Shown here: positions 8,668 to 18,673 of the stretch, one piece after another
How positions within the stretch are numbered: position 1 is the first letter of the stretch
Layout of the letters: each line of letters begins with the position of its first letter
From: Kiloniellaceae bacterium
GTDB lineage: Bacteria > Pseudomonadota > Alphaproteobacteria > Kiloniellales > J153
Direction: 5' to 3'
NCBI GenBank assembly: GCA_046758005.1
Contig: JBHHZJ010000001.1
Location: forward strand, 28,101-92,100
DNA length: 64,000 bases
Notes under the pieces: generated by a model
The model's input: the letters and a program-made list of their open reading frames with translations, nothing else
Databases searched by the model: none
What the model was told of the DNA's origin: nothing
Program-made: the position numbers and the translations under genes

Positions 8668-10086
8668 TCAACCGCCCGCGGCGGCGCTCTTCGTGCCGTC
8701 CGCCGGGTCGCCGAGGTCCGCCGAGCACACCCGGTTGCGGCCGCTGCGCTTGGCGGCATAAAGCGCCGCGTCGGCGCGCCCGAGCAGGCTTTCCGTCGTC
8801 TCCATGGGGTCGGTCGTCGTCGCCACCCCGATCGATGCGGTGATCTTGAGCGGCCGCTCGCAGCCGCTCGCCGGAAACGGCTCCGCCTCGAGGCGGCCGC
8901 GCAAACGCTCGGCCACCGCGATCGCCACATCGGCCAACGTGTTCGGCATGATGACGATGAATTCCTCCCCGCCGTGCCGGGCCAGGAGATCGAAGTCGCG
9001 AATGCTCGTCCCGACCCGCCGGGCCACGCCCTTGAGGACGTCGTCGCCTGCCGCGTGCCCGTGGGTGTCGTTGACGGCCTTGAAGTGATCGATGTCGAAG
9101 AGCATGACCGAGACCGGCTTGTTGGTGTCGCCGATTTCCATGATCTTGCGGTCAAGATGGGCGTTCATGTAGCGCCGATTGTAGATTCCGGTCAGCGAAT
9201 CCGTGTAGGCCATGGACACGCTTTTCTCGAGCATGTTGCGCAACTGATCGTGATAACGCCGGCGCCGGATCTGGGTCCGCGTGCGCGCGCGCAACTCGTT
9301 GCGGTCGATCGGCCGGATCAGGTAGTCGGTCACGCCGAGATCGAGACCCTTGGCCAGCTCCTGGAGGTCGTCTGCCTCCAGGATCAACAGGATGGGCACG
9401 TGGCGCGTCGCGTCATGAGTCCGGAACTGCGAGCACAGCCGCAGCCCGTCCTCGCCCGATAGCTTCAAGCTGACGATGATGAGATCCGGGACGCGCTCGC
9501 GGCCGCTCTCCAAAGCCTGCACGCCCGAGGCCGCCCGCGCCACCTCGTGGCCCGCCTCGGTCAGGTAGGCGCTCAACGTCTTGGCGGTCACCTCATGGCT
9601 TTCGACCAAGAGGATTTTGCCGTGTTCGTCGTCGTCTTCGTCGCCCCATGCCCCGTCTCCGGAAACGTCGAGCTGCCCGGTCGCGGCATGGCGGACGCGC
9701 AGCTCGTCCATCATCACCTTGAGCCGTGTGAGCGAGCGCACGCGCGCGAACAGGGCGACGTCGTTGACCGGTTTGGAGAGAAAGTCGTCGGCCCCGGCTT
9801 CGAGCCCGCGCACCCGGTCGCTCGTATCGCTGAGCGCCGTGACCATGACGACGGGGATGTGCCGTGTCTTCGGATCGCCTTTGAGGCGCCTGGCGACCTC
9901 GAAACCGTCCATGCCCGGCATCATGACGTCGAGCAGGATAAGGTCGGGCGCCTGAGTGGCTGCGGCCTCCAGGGCGGAGGGCCCGTCGCTTGCGGTCAGA
10001 ACCTCGAAGTACTCGGCCGTCAGCTTGGCCTCGAGCAACTTCACGTTGGCCGGGATGTCGTCAACAACGAGAATCCTGGCAGACAT
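8668..10086 (-). CDS. pleD: PleD-type response regulator diguanylate cyclase (REC-REC-GGDEF)
   Basis: MSARILVVDDIPANVKLLEAKL...DLILLDVMMPGMDGFEV (REC1), a second degenerate REC, and a GGDEF domain with an intact GGEEF site (LARHGGEEFIVIMP) plus an RxxD-type I-site context. It lies directly downstream of divK, as in Caulobacter. Confidence 0.9.
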   Translation of the reverse strand: MSARILVVDDIPANVKLLEAKLTAEYFEVLTASDGPSALEAAATQAPDLILLDVMMPGMDGFEVARRLKGDPKTRHIPVVMVTALSDTSDRVRGLEAGADDFLSKPVNDVALFARVRSLTRLKVMMDELRVRHAATGQLDVSGDGAWGDEDDDEHGKILLVESHEVTAKTLSAYLTEAGHEVARAASGVQALESGRERVPDLIIVSLKLSGEDGLRLCSQFRTHDATRHVPILLILEADDLQELAKGLDLGVTDYLIRPIDRNELRARTRTQIRRRRYHDQLRNMLEKSVSMAYTDSLTGIYNRRYMNAHLDRKIMEIGDTNKPVSVMLFDIDHFKAVNDTHGHAAGDDVLKGVARRVGTSIRDFDLLARHGGEEFIVIMPNTLADVAIAVAERLRGRLEAEPFPASGCERPLKITASIGVATTTDPMETTESLLGRADAALYAAKRSGRNRVCSADLGDPADGTKSAAAGG

Positions 10087-10107
10087 CGATGGACACTTGC
10101 CGTCTGC

Positions 10108-10551
10108 TCAGCTCAAGAATCGCTGAACCGTTTGTAGGAAATGGGTCACCGAGATCGGCTTGGAAATATAGGCCTCGCAACCACCCTCGCGGATTTTCTC
10201 CTCGTCGCCCTTCATGGCAAACGCCGTCACCGCGACCACGGGGATCGACTTCAGGTTGTCGTCTTCCTTGATCCATTTCGTGACCTCCAGGCCGGAGACC
10301 TCCGGCAGCTGGATGTCCATAAGGATCAGGTCCGGACGATGCTCGCGCGCCAGCCGAAGGGCCTCGAGTCCGTCCTTGGTCTGAAGAATGTGGTATCCGT
10401 GCGCTTCGAGCAAGTCGTGAAAAAGCTTCATGTTGAGCTCGTTGTCCTCCACGACCAGGACCGTCTTCTCAGATCCATTCACCGAATCGGACTTCACAGC
10501 GTCGTTCCCCTTCTCGTAAGATCCGCCCAAAAAATAAGCTGGGCCGGCCAT
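10108..10551 (-). CDS. divK: Single-domain response regulator DivK
   Basis: [107 protein letters not shown] is near-colinear with Caulobacter DivK. Start is the ATG at 10551, or alternatively the GTG at 10497, which follows GAGAAGGGG. The track start at 10773 is spurious. Confidence 0.9.
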   Translation of the reverse strand: MAGPAYFLGGSYEKGNDAVKSDSVNGSEKTVLVVEDNELNMKLFHDLLEAHGYHILQTKDGLEALRLAREHRPDLILMDIQLPEVSGLEVTKWIKEDDNLKSIPVVAVTAFAMKGDEEKIREGGCEAYISKPISVTHFLQTVQRFLS

Positions 10552-10964
10552 TTTCGGACGCCACGCGGCCGCTACGCGGCGCCCGTTCCCGATCACCGTA
10601 AGCACCCTCCAACATCGTCGAATCGTCTCGTCCCTAGTGCACACTAGGTGAATATTGTTAATGATTGGTAAGGATTTGCCGACCGCGGCCAGCGCGTGGA
10701 GGCACTGAAACGGCGACCCGCGCCGGGCGGTTCGGATACCAACCGGTTTACCATCTAGTCTCTTAATATTCATTTATAATATGTTGGTTTTGAATGAGAT
10801 TTCTCGGTCCATCGAGCCCAGATCCCGGGGGCAAGGGATCGCATCCCGGGCCCGGCGAACGACCGCCGCGCAACCGGCGCGGTTCGGCCTGGGTCCACGA
10901 TCGTGCGCTACTCCGGTTGAATCGGACGGGAACGGGCGATACTGAGATACCGAGCTGCACGCCG

Positions 10965-11954
10965 ATGGAGTCGCGCCGACGACGGCAGGCGGGAACGGTG
11001 TCCGAGGACCGGGCCATCCGAATCGGGATCGATCTGGGCGGCACCAAGATCGAGGCGATCGCCCTGGACGGCACGGGCCGCGCGCTCGTGCGCCGGCGGG
11101 TCGCGACGCCGCGCGACGATTACGCGGGCACGGTCGAAGCGGTCCGCGCACTGGTCGCCGCCGTCGAGGCAGAGCTCGGCCGGCGCGGCAGCATCGGCGT
11201 CGGCATCCCCGGCGCGGTCTCGCTCGCGACGGGAACGGTCAAGAACGCCAATTCCACCTGGCTCATCGGCCGCCCGCTCGACCGCGACCTCGGCGCCGCG
11301 CTGGGCCGGCCGGTGCGCCTTTCCAACGACGCCAATTGCTTCGCCCTGTCCGAGGCGGTGGACGGGGCGGCGACCGGCGCGGCCGTCGTCTTCGGCGTGA
11401 TTCTCGGCACCGGCGTCGGCGCGGGCATCGTGGTGAACGGCCGGCCCCTGGTCGGGCGCAACGCGATCGCGGGCGAGTGGGGACACAATCCCCTGCCCTG
11501 GCCGCGCGACGAGGAGCGGCCCGGACCGCGGTGCTATTGCGGCAAGCGGGGCTGCATCGAGACATTCCTGTCCGGGCCCGGCCTGGGGCGCGACTATGCG
11601 GCGGCGAGCGGCGCCGAGCGGCCCCCCGAGGACGTGGTGGCGGGCGCCTCCGCCGGCGACCCGGCGGCCACGGCCGCGCTGGAGCGCTACGAGGACCGGC
11701 TGGCCCGAAGTCTCGCGGCCGTGATCAACGTGCTCGATCCCGAGGTGATCGTACTGGGCGGCGGCCTGTCCAACATCGCGCGCCTCTATGAAACGGTGCC
11801 CGCGCGCGTGCCCGCCTACGTCTTCTCGGACCGGGTCGACACCACGATCGTCGCCCCGCACCACGGCGACTCCGGCGGCGTGCGCGGCGCGGCGTGGCTG
11901 TGGGGCGCAGACGAGCGGGCCGAGGCGCTCGGCGCAGGGGCGACGCGGCCGTGA
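10965..11954 (+). CDS. ROK family sugar kinase (fructokinase / N-acetylglucosamine kinase-like)
   Basis: IGIDLGGTKIE (ATP site), GVGIPG, NDANCFALSE and the ROK zinc motif GEWGHNPLPW...CYCGKRGCIETFLSGPG. Start is the ATG at 10965 or the GTG at 10998. The upstream part of track ORF 10794 is not protein-like. Confidence 0.8.
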   Translation: MESRRRRQAGTVSEDRAIRIGIDLGGTKIEAIALDGTGRALVRRRVATPRDDYAGTVEAVRALVAAVEAELGRRGSIGVGIPGAVSLATGTVKNANSTWLIGRPLDRDLGAALGRPVRLSNDANCFALSEAVDGAATGAAVVFGVILGTGVGAGIVVNGRPLVGRNAIAGEWGHNPLPWPRDEERPGPRCYCGKRGCIETFLSGPGLGRDYAAASGAERPPEDVVAGASAGDPAATAALERYEDRLARSLAAVINVLDPEVIVLGGGLSNIARLYETVPARVPAYVFSDRVDTTIVAPHHGDSGGVRGAAWLWGADERAEALGAGATRP

Positions 11955-13294
11955 GCGCGCTCTGCCAAAGCTGCCTGACCACCTTCGAGGATGACCCGGG
12001 CGGGCCCGCGAACGCCGGCCGTTGTCCGGCGTGCGGCGCGCCGCGGCTGCTCGCGCACCCGGAGCTGCACGCGCTCACCATCGCCCACATAGACTGCGAC
12101 GCCTTCTACGCCAACGTGGAGAAGCGCGACCGGCCCGAGCTGCGCGACAAGCCGGTCATCGTTGGTGGCGGCCGAAGGGGCGTGGTGTCGGCCGCCTGTT
12201 ACGTGGCCCGCCTCTACGGCATCCACTCGGCCATGCCCATGTTCAAGGCGCTGAAAGCGTGCCCGGACGCCGTGGTCCTGCGGCCCGACATGGCCAAGTA
12301 CCAGCGCATCGGACGCCGCATCCGGGACATGATGCTGGAGGTCACCCCCCTGGTCGAGCCGCTATCCATCGACGAGGCCTTCCTCGACCTCTCCGGCACC
12401 GAGGTCCTGCACGGCGGTTGGCCGGCCCGCACGCTGGCGAGGCTCGCCCAGCGAATCGAGGCGGAGCTGGACCTCACCGTTTCGATCGGGCTCAGTTACA
12501 ACAAATTCCTGGCCAAGATTGCTTCCGACCTGGACAAGCCGCGCGGCTTCGCGGTCGTCGGCCGGGCCGACGCGCCCCGCTTCCTCGAGGATAAGCCGGT
12601 GCGCATCGTCTGGGGCGTGGGCAAGGCGCTGCAACAAGCGTTGGAGCGGGACGGCATCAGGACGATCCGGGACCTGCGCGGGCACGAGGACGCGCGCCTG
12701 ATCGCCCGTTACGGCGCAATGGGCCGGCGCCTCTGCCGCTTCGCCCGCGGCCGGGACGACCGCCGCATCGAGCCGAACGCGCCGGCCAAGAGCGTCTCCG
12801 CGGAGACCACCTTCGACGAGGACATCGCCGACCCGCGGGTCCTGCGCGCCCGGCTCTGGCCGCTGTGCGAAAAGGTGGCGGCCCGGATGAAGCGCGCCGG
12901 CCTGGCGGGCCGCGGTGTCACGCTCAAGCTGAAAAGCCACGATTTCCGGCAGCTCAGCCGGAGCCGTCGGCTCGGCGACCCGACGTGCCTGGCCGAGGTG
13001 CTCTACCGCGCCGCCCTGCCGCTGCTCGAGCGCGAGGCCGACGGGCGGCGCTTCCGCCTCATCGGCATCGGCGCGAGCGACTTGGTGGACGGGGCGCTCG
13101 CCGACCCTCCGGACCCGCTGAACCCCGACCGGGAACGCCAAGTTCGGGTCGAGAAGGCCATCGATGCGGTGCGCGCCAAGCTCGGCGAGGCCGCGATCGG
13201 CAAGGGCCGCGGCCTGGAGCCCAAGGCGCCGGCCAAACGGGCGCAACCGCCCCGGGTGCGGCCGGAGCATGCACGAACGCCCAAGAGCGGCTAA
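11951..13294 (+). CDS. dinB: DNA polymerase IV (Y-family) with an N-terminal Cys4 zinc-ribbon extension
   Basis: IAHIDCDAFYANVEKRDRPELRDKPVIVGG..RGVVSAACYVARLYGIHSAMPMFKA...LSIDEAFLDLSGTE is the DinB core. It is preceded by CQSC...CPACGAPRL. The GTG at 11951 overlaps the ROK stop (GTGA). An alternative ATG is at 11894. Confidence 0.9.
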   Translation: MSALCQSCLTTFEDDPGGPANAGRCPACGAPRLLAHPELHALTIAHIDCDAFYANVEKRDRPELRDKPVIVGGGRRGVVSAACYVARLYGIHSAMPMFKALKACPDAVVLRPDMAKYQRIGRRIRDMMLEVTPLVEPLSIDEAFLDLSGTEVLHGGWPARTLARLAQRIEAELDLTVSIGLSYNKFLAKIASDLDKPRGFAVVGRADAPRFLEDKPVRIVWGVGKALQQALERDGIRTIRDLRGHEDARLIARYGAMGRRLCRFARGRDDRRIEPNAPAKSVSAETTFDEDIADPRVLRARLWPLCEKVAARMKRAGLAGRGVTLKLKSHDFRQLSRSRRLGDPTCLAEVLYRAALPLLEREADGRRFRLIGIGASDLVDGALADPPDPLNPDRERQVRVEKAIDAVRAKLGEAAIGKGRGLEPKAPAKRAQPPRVRPEHARTPKSG

Positions 13295-14130
13295 CACCCC
13301 GGCGGGGGCAGGGCCTCGAGGAACTCCAGGTCGGCGCGCAGCGCGAAGTCGCCGTAATCGAGCACGAGCTCGTCCACCACGCCGTTGGCGAACAGGCGCA
13401 GGGCCTGCTCGTGTTCCGGCTCGGCCACGGTCTCGTCCGTGCCGAAGAACGCCAGGTGCAGGCGCCAGGACCTCTGGCCGCGCAACAGGGGAGAATCGAA
13501 GCGCAACTCGCGGTCGGCCGGCAGCGATTGCGATAGCGCCGCGTTGACGCCGAACAGGCCTTCGTCGCCGGAGCCGTCGAAGACCGAGCGCCACAGCGGC
13601 ATCTCGCCGCGCTCGGCCGCGTCCATCAGGACCAGCGAATGTGCCGTGGGAAACAGCGTGCCCTTGGGCAGGACGACCTCGCGCGGCTCCGGCTCGCTGT
13701 AGGTCGCAAGGCCGCCCGCGCCGGGTCCGCGCAGGCGCGCCTCGCCGCGCAGTTCCTCGCTCGTGGCGCCGGCGTTCAGACGGCGGATGAAGAAGCGGTA
13801 GCGCAACCCGTCCTTGGCCTCGAAGGCGCTCAAGGTCCACCCGAAGTCGATGACCCGGCCTTCGGCGGAGACCATCTGGACCCGCGTGCGCTGACTGACG
13901 GCCCAGCCGGTGCACACGTCCGCCCATTGGAACTCAAGCTTGCCGTGTGCCTGGGTGACCGAGTTGCCGCCGCCGGCCGCCTTGGCCAGGCTCAGCTGAT
14001 AGACCGCGCGGTGCGGTGTGATGACCGGCCCGGCGAGCGCGGCGGGCCCGGCGAACAGGGCCGGCCACGGCCCGAAAAAGGCGAGCACGGCCCACGTCGC
14101 GCGCAGGACAAGGCGGCCAGGATGCGACAT
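13291..14130 (-). CDS. Secreted conserved protein, tentatively DUF1849 / EipB-like cell-envelope protein
   Basis: ATG at 14130 gives a 279-aa product with a signal peptide (MSHPGRLVLRATWAVLAFFGPWPALFAGPAALAGP). Its size and pattern recall the alphaproteobacterial DUF1849 family. The family assignment is from memory and unverified. Its stop overlaps the dinB stop by 4 nt (convergent). Confidence 0.5.
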   Translation of the reverse strand: MSHPGRLVLRATWAVLAFFGPWPALFAGPAALAGPVITPHRAVYQLSLAKAAGGGNSVTQAHGKLEFQWADVCTGWAVSQRTRVQMVSAEGRVIDFGWTLSAFEAKDGLRYRFFIRRLNAGATSEELRGEARLRGPGAGGLATYSEPEPREVVLPKGTLFPTAHSLVLMDAAERGEMPLWRSVFDGSGDEGLFGVNAALSQSLPADRELRFDSPLLRGQRSWRLHLAFFGTDETVAEPEHEQALRLFANGVVDELVLDYGDFALRADLEFLEALPPPGC

Positions 14131-14383
14131 GCGCGGCTCCCCGTCGGGCGCGGACGGCCGGCGGGCCCCGCCGCCGACGCCGGTCCCGGATGTGATCGGC
14201 CGGGACAATAGCACTCGGATACGCGCCGGCAACGCCCAATTCACGACGCGCCGCCGTGCGCCACCGTTCCCGACGCCGATGCTCTCGCCGCGGCCACCGA
14301 ACGTGTTATGACAGCGGGCTTGGCCCCCGCCGGCCAGGGCGGCCAAGGCATCCTTGGAACCAAGCAACGCTCGGGGAGGTCCG

Positions 14384-15349
14384 ATGAGTGCAAAAGCCGC
14401 CGTTCTCGTCACGCGCAAATTGCCGGACGCCGTCATGCAACGACTCGCCCGCGAGTTCGATGCTCGTTTGAACGAAGACGACCGCCTCTATGGCCCCGAC
14501 GAAGTCATTGAGCGCTCTCGCGGCTGCGACGGCATCCTGTGCTGCTCGTCGGAGAAGTTCACCGCCGAATTGATCGGGAATCTGCCGGACGGCGTGCGGG
14601 CATTGGCAACTTTCTCGGTGGGTACGGAGCACATCGACCTCGCGGCCGCCAAGCGGCGCGAACTCATCGTCACCAACACGCCCGAGGTGCTGACCGATTC
14701 GACCGCCGACATCGCCATGCTGCTGATGCTGGGCGCGGCGCGGCGCGCCTACGAGGGCGAGCGGATGGTGCGCGAGGACCGTTGGACCGGCTGGACGCCG
14801 ACCCAGCTGCTCGGCGTGCACGTCACCGGCAAGCGCCTGGGCGTCCTCGGCATGGGGCGCATCGGTCGGGCCGTGGCGCGGCGCGCCCGCGGCTTCGACA
14901 TGGTCGTCCACTACCACAACCGGACGCGCCTGCCGCCCGAGCTGGAGGACGGCGGCGTCTACCACGCCGGGCCGGAGGACCTGCTCCGCGCCTCGGACTT
15001 CCTGTCGATCCACTGCCCGGCCACGCCGCAGACCCACCATTTCCTCGACGCCCGGCGGATCGGCCTGCTGCCCGACGGCGCGATCGTGATCAACACGGCG
15101 CGCGGCGCGATCGTCGACGACGCGGCGCTGATCGCCGCGCTCAAGGCAGGCAAGCTGGCCGCCGCCGGGCTGGACGTTTTCGAGGGCGAGCCGCGAATCC
15201 ACCCCGGCTACCGGAAGCTGGACAACGTCTTCCTCCTGCCGCATCTGGGCAGCGCCACCCTGGAGACCCGCAACGCCATGGGCTTCAAGTGCTGCGACAA
15301 CCTGGACGCGATCTTTGCCGGGCGGGAGCCGCCCGACCGGGTCGTCTGA
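14384..15349 (+). CDS. D-isomer-specific 2-hydroxyacid dehydrogenase (glyoxylate/hydroxypyruvate reductase-like)
   Basis: NAD-binding motif GKRLGVLGMGRIGRAVARRA. Catalytic region LLPDGAIVINTARGAIVDDAALIAALKAGKLAAAGLDVFE.EP...LPHLGSAT. The ATG at 14384 is preceded by GGGGAGG. Confidence 0.85.
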   Translation: MSAKAAVLVTRKLPDAVMQRLAREFDARLNEDDRLYGPDEVIERSRGCDGILCCSSEKFTAELIGNLPDGVRALATFSVGTEHIDLAAAKRRELIVTNTPEVLTDSTADIAMLLMLGAARRAYEGERMVREDRWTGWTPTQLLGVHVTGKRLGVLGMGRIGRAVARRARGFDMVVHYHNRTRLPPELEDGGVYHAGPEDLLRASDFLSIHCPATPQTHHFLDARRIGLLPDGAIVINTARGAIVDDAALIAALKAGKLAAAGLDVFEGEPRIHPGYRKLDNVFLLPHLGSATLETRNAMGFKCCDNLDAIFAGREPPDRVV

Positions 15350-15512
15350 CCGGCGCCGGCGAACCGCCGGCCGGCAGAAGCTGCCGGAGGGCAGGACCTG
15401 CCTCGCGGGGCCCCTGGAAAGGCGCCCTTTCCCTGGGTTCCGGCGGTGGCACGGGGCTTGCGTGTGAAGTGTCTCGTCGAGCGCATCGACGGCGACGAGT
15501 GGAGGCCGCCTC

Positions 15513-16232
15513 ATGAACCTGAGCCACGTCGAGACCGAAATCGGCCCCTTCGGCGGAGACCCCGTGCCGCCCCTGTGCGCGGCCGCCGACCGGCTGCGCC
15601 GCCTGGCGGCCCGGCGGGTCGAGCCGGTCGGCCCGAGCGAGCGCGAACTGATCGACCAGGTGCTCGCGGCCGCGGCCCGGGCCGAGCAGGCCCTGGCCGT
15701 GCAGCGTGCGCGCATCCGCCACCTGGAGAGCCTGTCGATGACCGACGAGCTGACCGGCCTGCTCAATCGCCGGGGCCTGCGCCTGGAGCTCGACCGGGCG
15801 CTCGCCAGGGCGCAGCGGAGCCGGGAGACGGGCCAACTGGTGCTCTGCGACCTGGACCGCTTCAAGGCGATCAACGACTCCTACGGCCACATGGCCGGGG
15901 ACGCGGTGCTCTGCGCCGTGGCCGGGCTGCTGCAGGCCAAGACGCGGCGCAGCGACTACGTGGCGCGGCTGGGCGGCGACGAGTTCGCCGTGCTCCTGAC
16001 CCAAAGCGCCCCGGCGCAGGCCGAGCCCCGGATGACGACGCTGGCCCGGGCGGTCAACGGCCTGATCGTGGAGTGGAACGGGCACCGCATCCCGGTCACG
16101 GCCAGTTTCGGCGCCGAGGGCTACCATTGGGGCAGCCAGCCCGAGACGCTGCTGTTCCTCGCCGACCGGGCGCTCTACCGGCACAAGGGCCCGCGCCTGG
16201 TCAGCACGACCCCGGACCGCGCGGCGTCCTGA
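15513..16232 (+). CDS. GGDEF-domain diguanylate cyclase (short N-terminal coiled-coil region)
   Basis: DELTGLLNRRGL...CDLDRFKAINDSYGHMAGDAVL...RLGGDEFAVLL is an intact GGDEF active site. Confidence 0.8.
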   Translation: MNLSHVETEIGPFGGDPVPPLCAAADRLRRLAARRVEPVGPSERELIDQVLAAAARAEQALAVQRARIRHLESLSMTDELTGLLNRRGLRLELDRALARAQRSRETGQLVLCDLDRFKAINDSYGHMAGDAVLCAVAGLLQAKTRRSDYVARLGGDEFAVLLTQSAPAQAEPRMTTLARAVNGLIVEWNGHRIPVTASFGAEGYHWGSQPETLLFLADRALYRHKGPRLVSTTPDRAAS

Positions 16233-16290
16233 CCGCCGGGCACGCGGACGGCCGTGCGCTAACCCGGTCCCGACCCCTATAATCGTGGCG

Positions 16291-16782
16291 ATGAAGTTCC
16301 CGCGCTGCATCCGGCTGGATACCTCGGACGTCTACGTCTACAGCCGCGCCGCTGAGCCCGGCGAATGGGCCGTACCGGGCGGCTTCGCCTTCGCCGGGCG
16401 CGATCCGGCCGACCTCGAGGCCAAGGACAAGCTGGCCTTCCGGAGCGGCTGGCTTGGCACCGAGAGCTTCGGTTGGAGTTCGCTCGTCGAGGTCGCGGAG
16501 ATCGACGAGGCGGAGTTCTTCCGGGTCGTCGAGCGCCTGGCCCGGCATTTCGTCGAGGCCTGCGGCGCCCCGGATCTGACGGCGGCCCTGCCCGCCGCGC
16601 GCGCGATAGCCGACGACGCCGCCGGCCTGTGCGAGCACAAGGTGCACAGCCTGCTCGCCGTCGAGCGCGAGATGACCGAGGAGGGGGTCGTCGAGCGCTT
16701 CCGCGTGATCGCCCCCGAGCGCGCCCAGGACCACGCCAGAATCTGGGAGATCGCGCCGGGCGGCGAGGGCGGCGAGGACTAA
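16291..16782 (+). CDS. Conserved hypothetical protein (acidic, about 163 aa)
   Basis: Protein-like composition and high GC3. Starts MKFPRCIRLDTSDVYVY (ATG 16291; the track start is a GTG at 16285). I recognised no family. Confidence 0.5.
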   Translation: MKFPRCIRLDTSDVYVYSRAAEPGEWAVPGGFAFAGRDPADLEAKDKLAFRSGWLGTESFGWSSLVEVAEIDEAEFFRVVERLARHFVEACGAPDLTAALPAARAIADDAAGLCEHKVHSLLAVEREMTEEGVVERFRVIAPERAQDHARIWEIAPGGEGGED

Positions 16783-17816
16783 TCGGACGCCGCGGCGGGC
16801 TCCGCGGCCGGCTGCTGCTGGGTGATGCAGTGGATGCCGCCGCCGCCGTGGACGATGTCGAGCACCGGGACCTGGCGCACTTCGCGGTTGGAAAAGCACC
16901 TGGCCACGGCCTCGTAGGCCGGCCGGTCCTTGCCGTCCTCGAAGGCGGGCATCACCACACCGCCGTTGGCGATGTAGAGGTTGACGTAGGACTTGGCGAG
17001 CCGTCGGCCGTTCTCGCCCTCGTCGCGGCCCGGCTGCTGGACCTCGACGACCTCCAGCGCGCGGCCCTTGGCGTCGCGCGCCGCACGCAGACGCGCGAGG
17101 TTGTCCTGCAAGGCCGCGTGGTTGCCGTCCTCGGGGTCGTTGGCGGACAGCGCCAGCACGACGCCGGGGCGCACGAAGCAGGCGAGGTTGTCGATGTGCC
17201 CGTCGGTCTCGTCGTCCTCCAGGCCCTGGCCCAGCCAGATGATGCTGCGCACGCCGAGGTGGGCGCACAGCAGGCGTTCGATCTCCTCGCGGCTTAGGCC
17301 GGGATTGCGGTTCGGGTTGAGCAGGCATTGCTCGGTCGTCAGCAGCGTGCCTTCCCCATCGACGTGGATCGAGCCGCCCTCCAGGACGAGCGGCGCCTCG
17401 TAGCGCGGTACGCCCAGATGGTCGAGGACCGCGCCGGCCAGCGCGGCGTCGCGATCGTAGTCCTGGTATTTGTTGCCCCAAGCGTTGAACCGCCAATCGA
17501 CGCCGGCGAGGCCGCCCTTGCCGTCGATCACGAAGGTGGGCCCGGTGTCGCGCACCCAGGAGTCGTCGAGCGCCATGGGCACGCTGGCAACCCCGGAGCC
17601 GCAGCGCAGCGACACCTCGGCCACGTCCTCCGGCTTGGCGAGCATGGTCACCGGCTCGAAGGCGGCGATCGTCTTGGCGACCTCGGCGTAGGCCGTGCGC
17701 GCCATGTCCAGGCGCTCGCCCCACAGCTCGGCCCGGCACGGCCACGCCATCCAGCAGCGCCCGTGCGGGTGCCACTCGGCCGGCATGAAGAATCCGTCGG
17801 CGGCGGGATAGCGCAT
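16779..17816 (-). CDS. aguA: Agmatine deiminase (peptidyl-arginine deiminase fold)
   Basis: MPAEWHPH..CWMAWP, DDSWVRDTGPTF, WRFNAWG, LEGGSIHVDGEGTLLTTEQCLLN.NRNP, ETDGHIDN and the C-terminal GGGGIHCITQQQP catalytic Cys motif. Confidence 0.85.
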   Translation of the reverse strand: MRYPAADGFFMPAEWHPHGRCWMAWPCRAELWGERLDMARTAYAEVAKTIAAFEPVTMLAKPEDVAEVSLRCGSGVASVPMALDDSWVRDTGPTFVIDGKGGLAGVDWRFNAWGNKYQDYDRDAALAGAVLDHLGVPRYEAPLVLEGGSIHVDGEGTLLTTEQCLLNPNRNPGLSREEIERLLCAHLGVRSIIWLGQGLEDDETDGHIDNLACFVRPGVVLALSANDPEDGNHAALQDNLARLRAARDAKGRALEVVEVQQPGRDEGENGRRLAKSYVNLYIANGGVVMPAFEDGKDRPAYEAVARCFSNREVRQVPVLDIVHGGGGIHCITQQQPAAEPAAASD

Positions 17817-17975
17817 GACGTGGCCTCCCCCTCGATTGCGCCACTGCGCGGCCGAGTCTAGGGTAGCCGGCCCCCGCTTGGCAAACCGGGGCGCAACGCC
17901 CGGCCGGTGCTGGGTCGAACCGAATTCATGCAGGTCTGGTAAGTTGGGTGGCGAGGGGGCGCCGCAGACGCCGAT

Positions 17976-18575
17976 CTAGCCGGGCGCCATGCCGTCGGAC
18001 AGGTACATCGCCTCGATCAGGCCCGGGCGCCCAGCCGCCGGGCGCGCGGGCCGCGCGCCGTCGCTGAGGTAGCCGGCGACGCCGAGCAACTGATCGCGGC
18101 CGGCGGGCCCGGAACCGTTGGCCGGAGCGTCGAGCATCCCCCCGAAGGGCAACGGATCGAACGCGAAGGCCTGGCGCGCGACGCCCGGGTTCGAGGCGCT
18201 CTGCGGCGCGCGGACCAGGGCTCGCCCCGCCAAGCCGTCCAGGTACTCCAGATCGGGCGGCAGTCGCATGGGATCGCCGTCCGCCACCGTGGCGCTGGGG
18301 TCCGCCAGCGGATGCAACGCGGCCAGCGCGCCCGCAGGCGTGTTCTCGTCCGGCTGCTCGCGACAGACCGCGCCGTCGAACACCCGGATCAGCGCACAGT
18401 CCTGTTGCAGGACCACGGAGATGCCGTGATCGGTGACGGTCTTTCCGGTCTCGCCGTAACTGGCGAAGTCGAACGCCAGCGAGGCGACGGTGACGACCGG
18501 CGGCAAGGCGCAGCCGGACACCAGGATCGCCACGGCCGCGACCAGCGACCAGCGCTTGAGGATGGTCCCCCGCAA
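17976..18575 (-). CDS. Hypothetical lipoprotein
   Basis: The TTG at 18575, with GGGGGAG 8 nt upstream, gives MRGTILKRWSLVAAVAILVSGC. This is a classic signal peptide with lipobox LVSGC. The track start (TTG at 18641) is possible but adds 22 non-signal residues. Confidence 0.5.
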   Translation of the reverse strand: MRGTILKRWSLVAAVAILVSGCALPPVVTVASLAFDFASYGETGKTVTDHGISVVLQQDCALIRVFDGAVCREQPDENTPAGALAALHPLADPSATVADGDPMRLPPDLEYLDGLAGRALVRAPQSASNPGVARQAFAFDPLPFGGMLDAPANGSGPAGRDQLLGVAGYLSDGARPARPAAGRPGLIEAMYLSDGMAPG

Positions 18576-18673
18576 TTTCTGAGCTCCCCCGAATCGAGCG
18601 GCGTCATCATGGTCCGGATTCGCGGACCGCGCAAGAAACAAGAAAATGATGAACCGGTTCGCTTAACGGCGCG

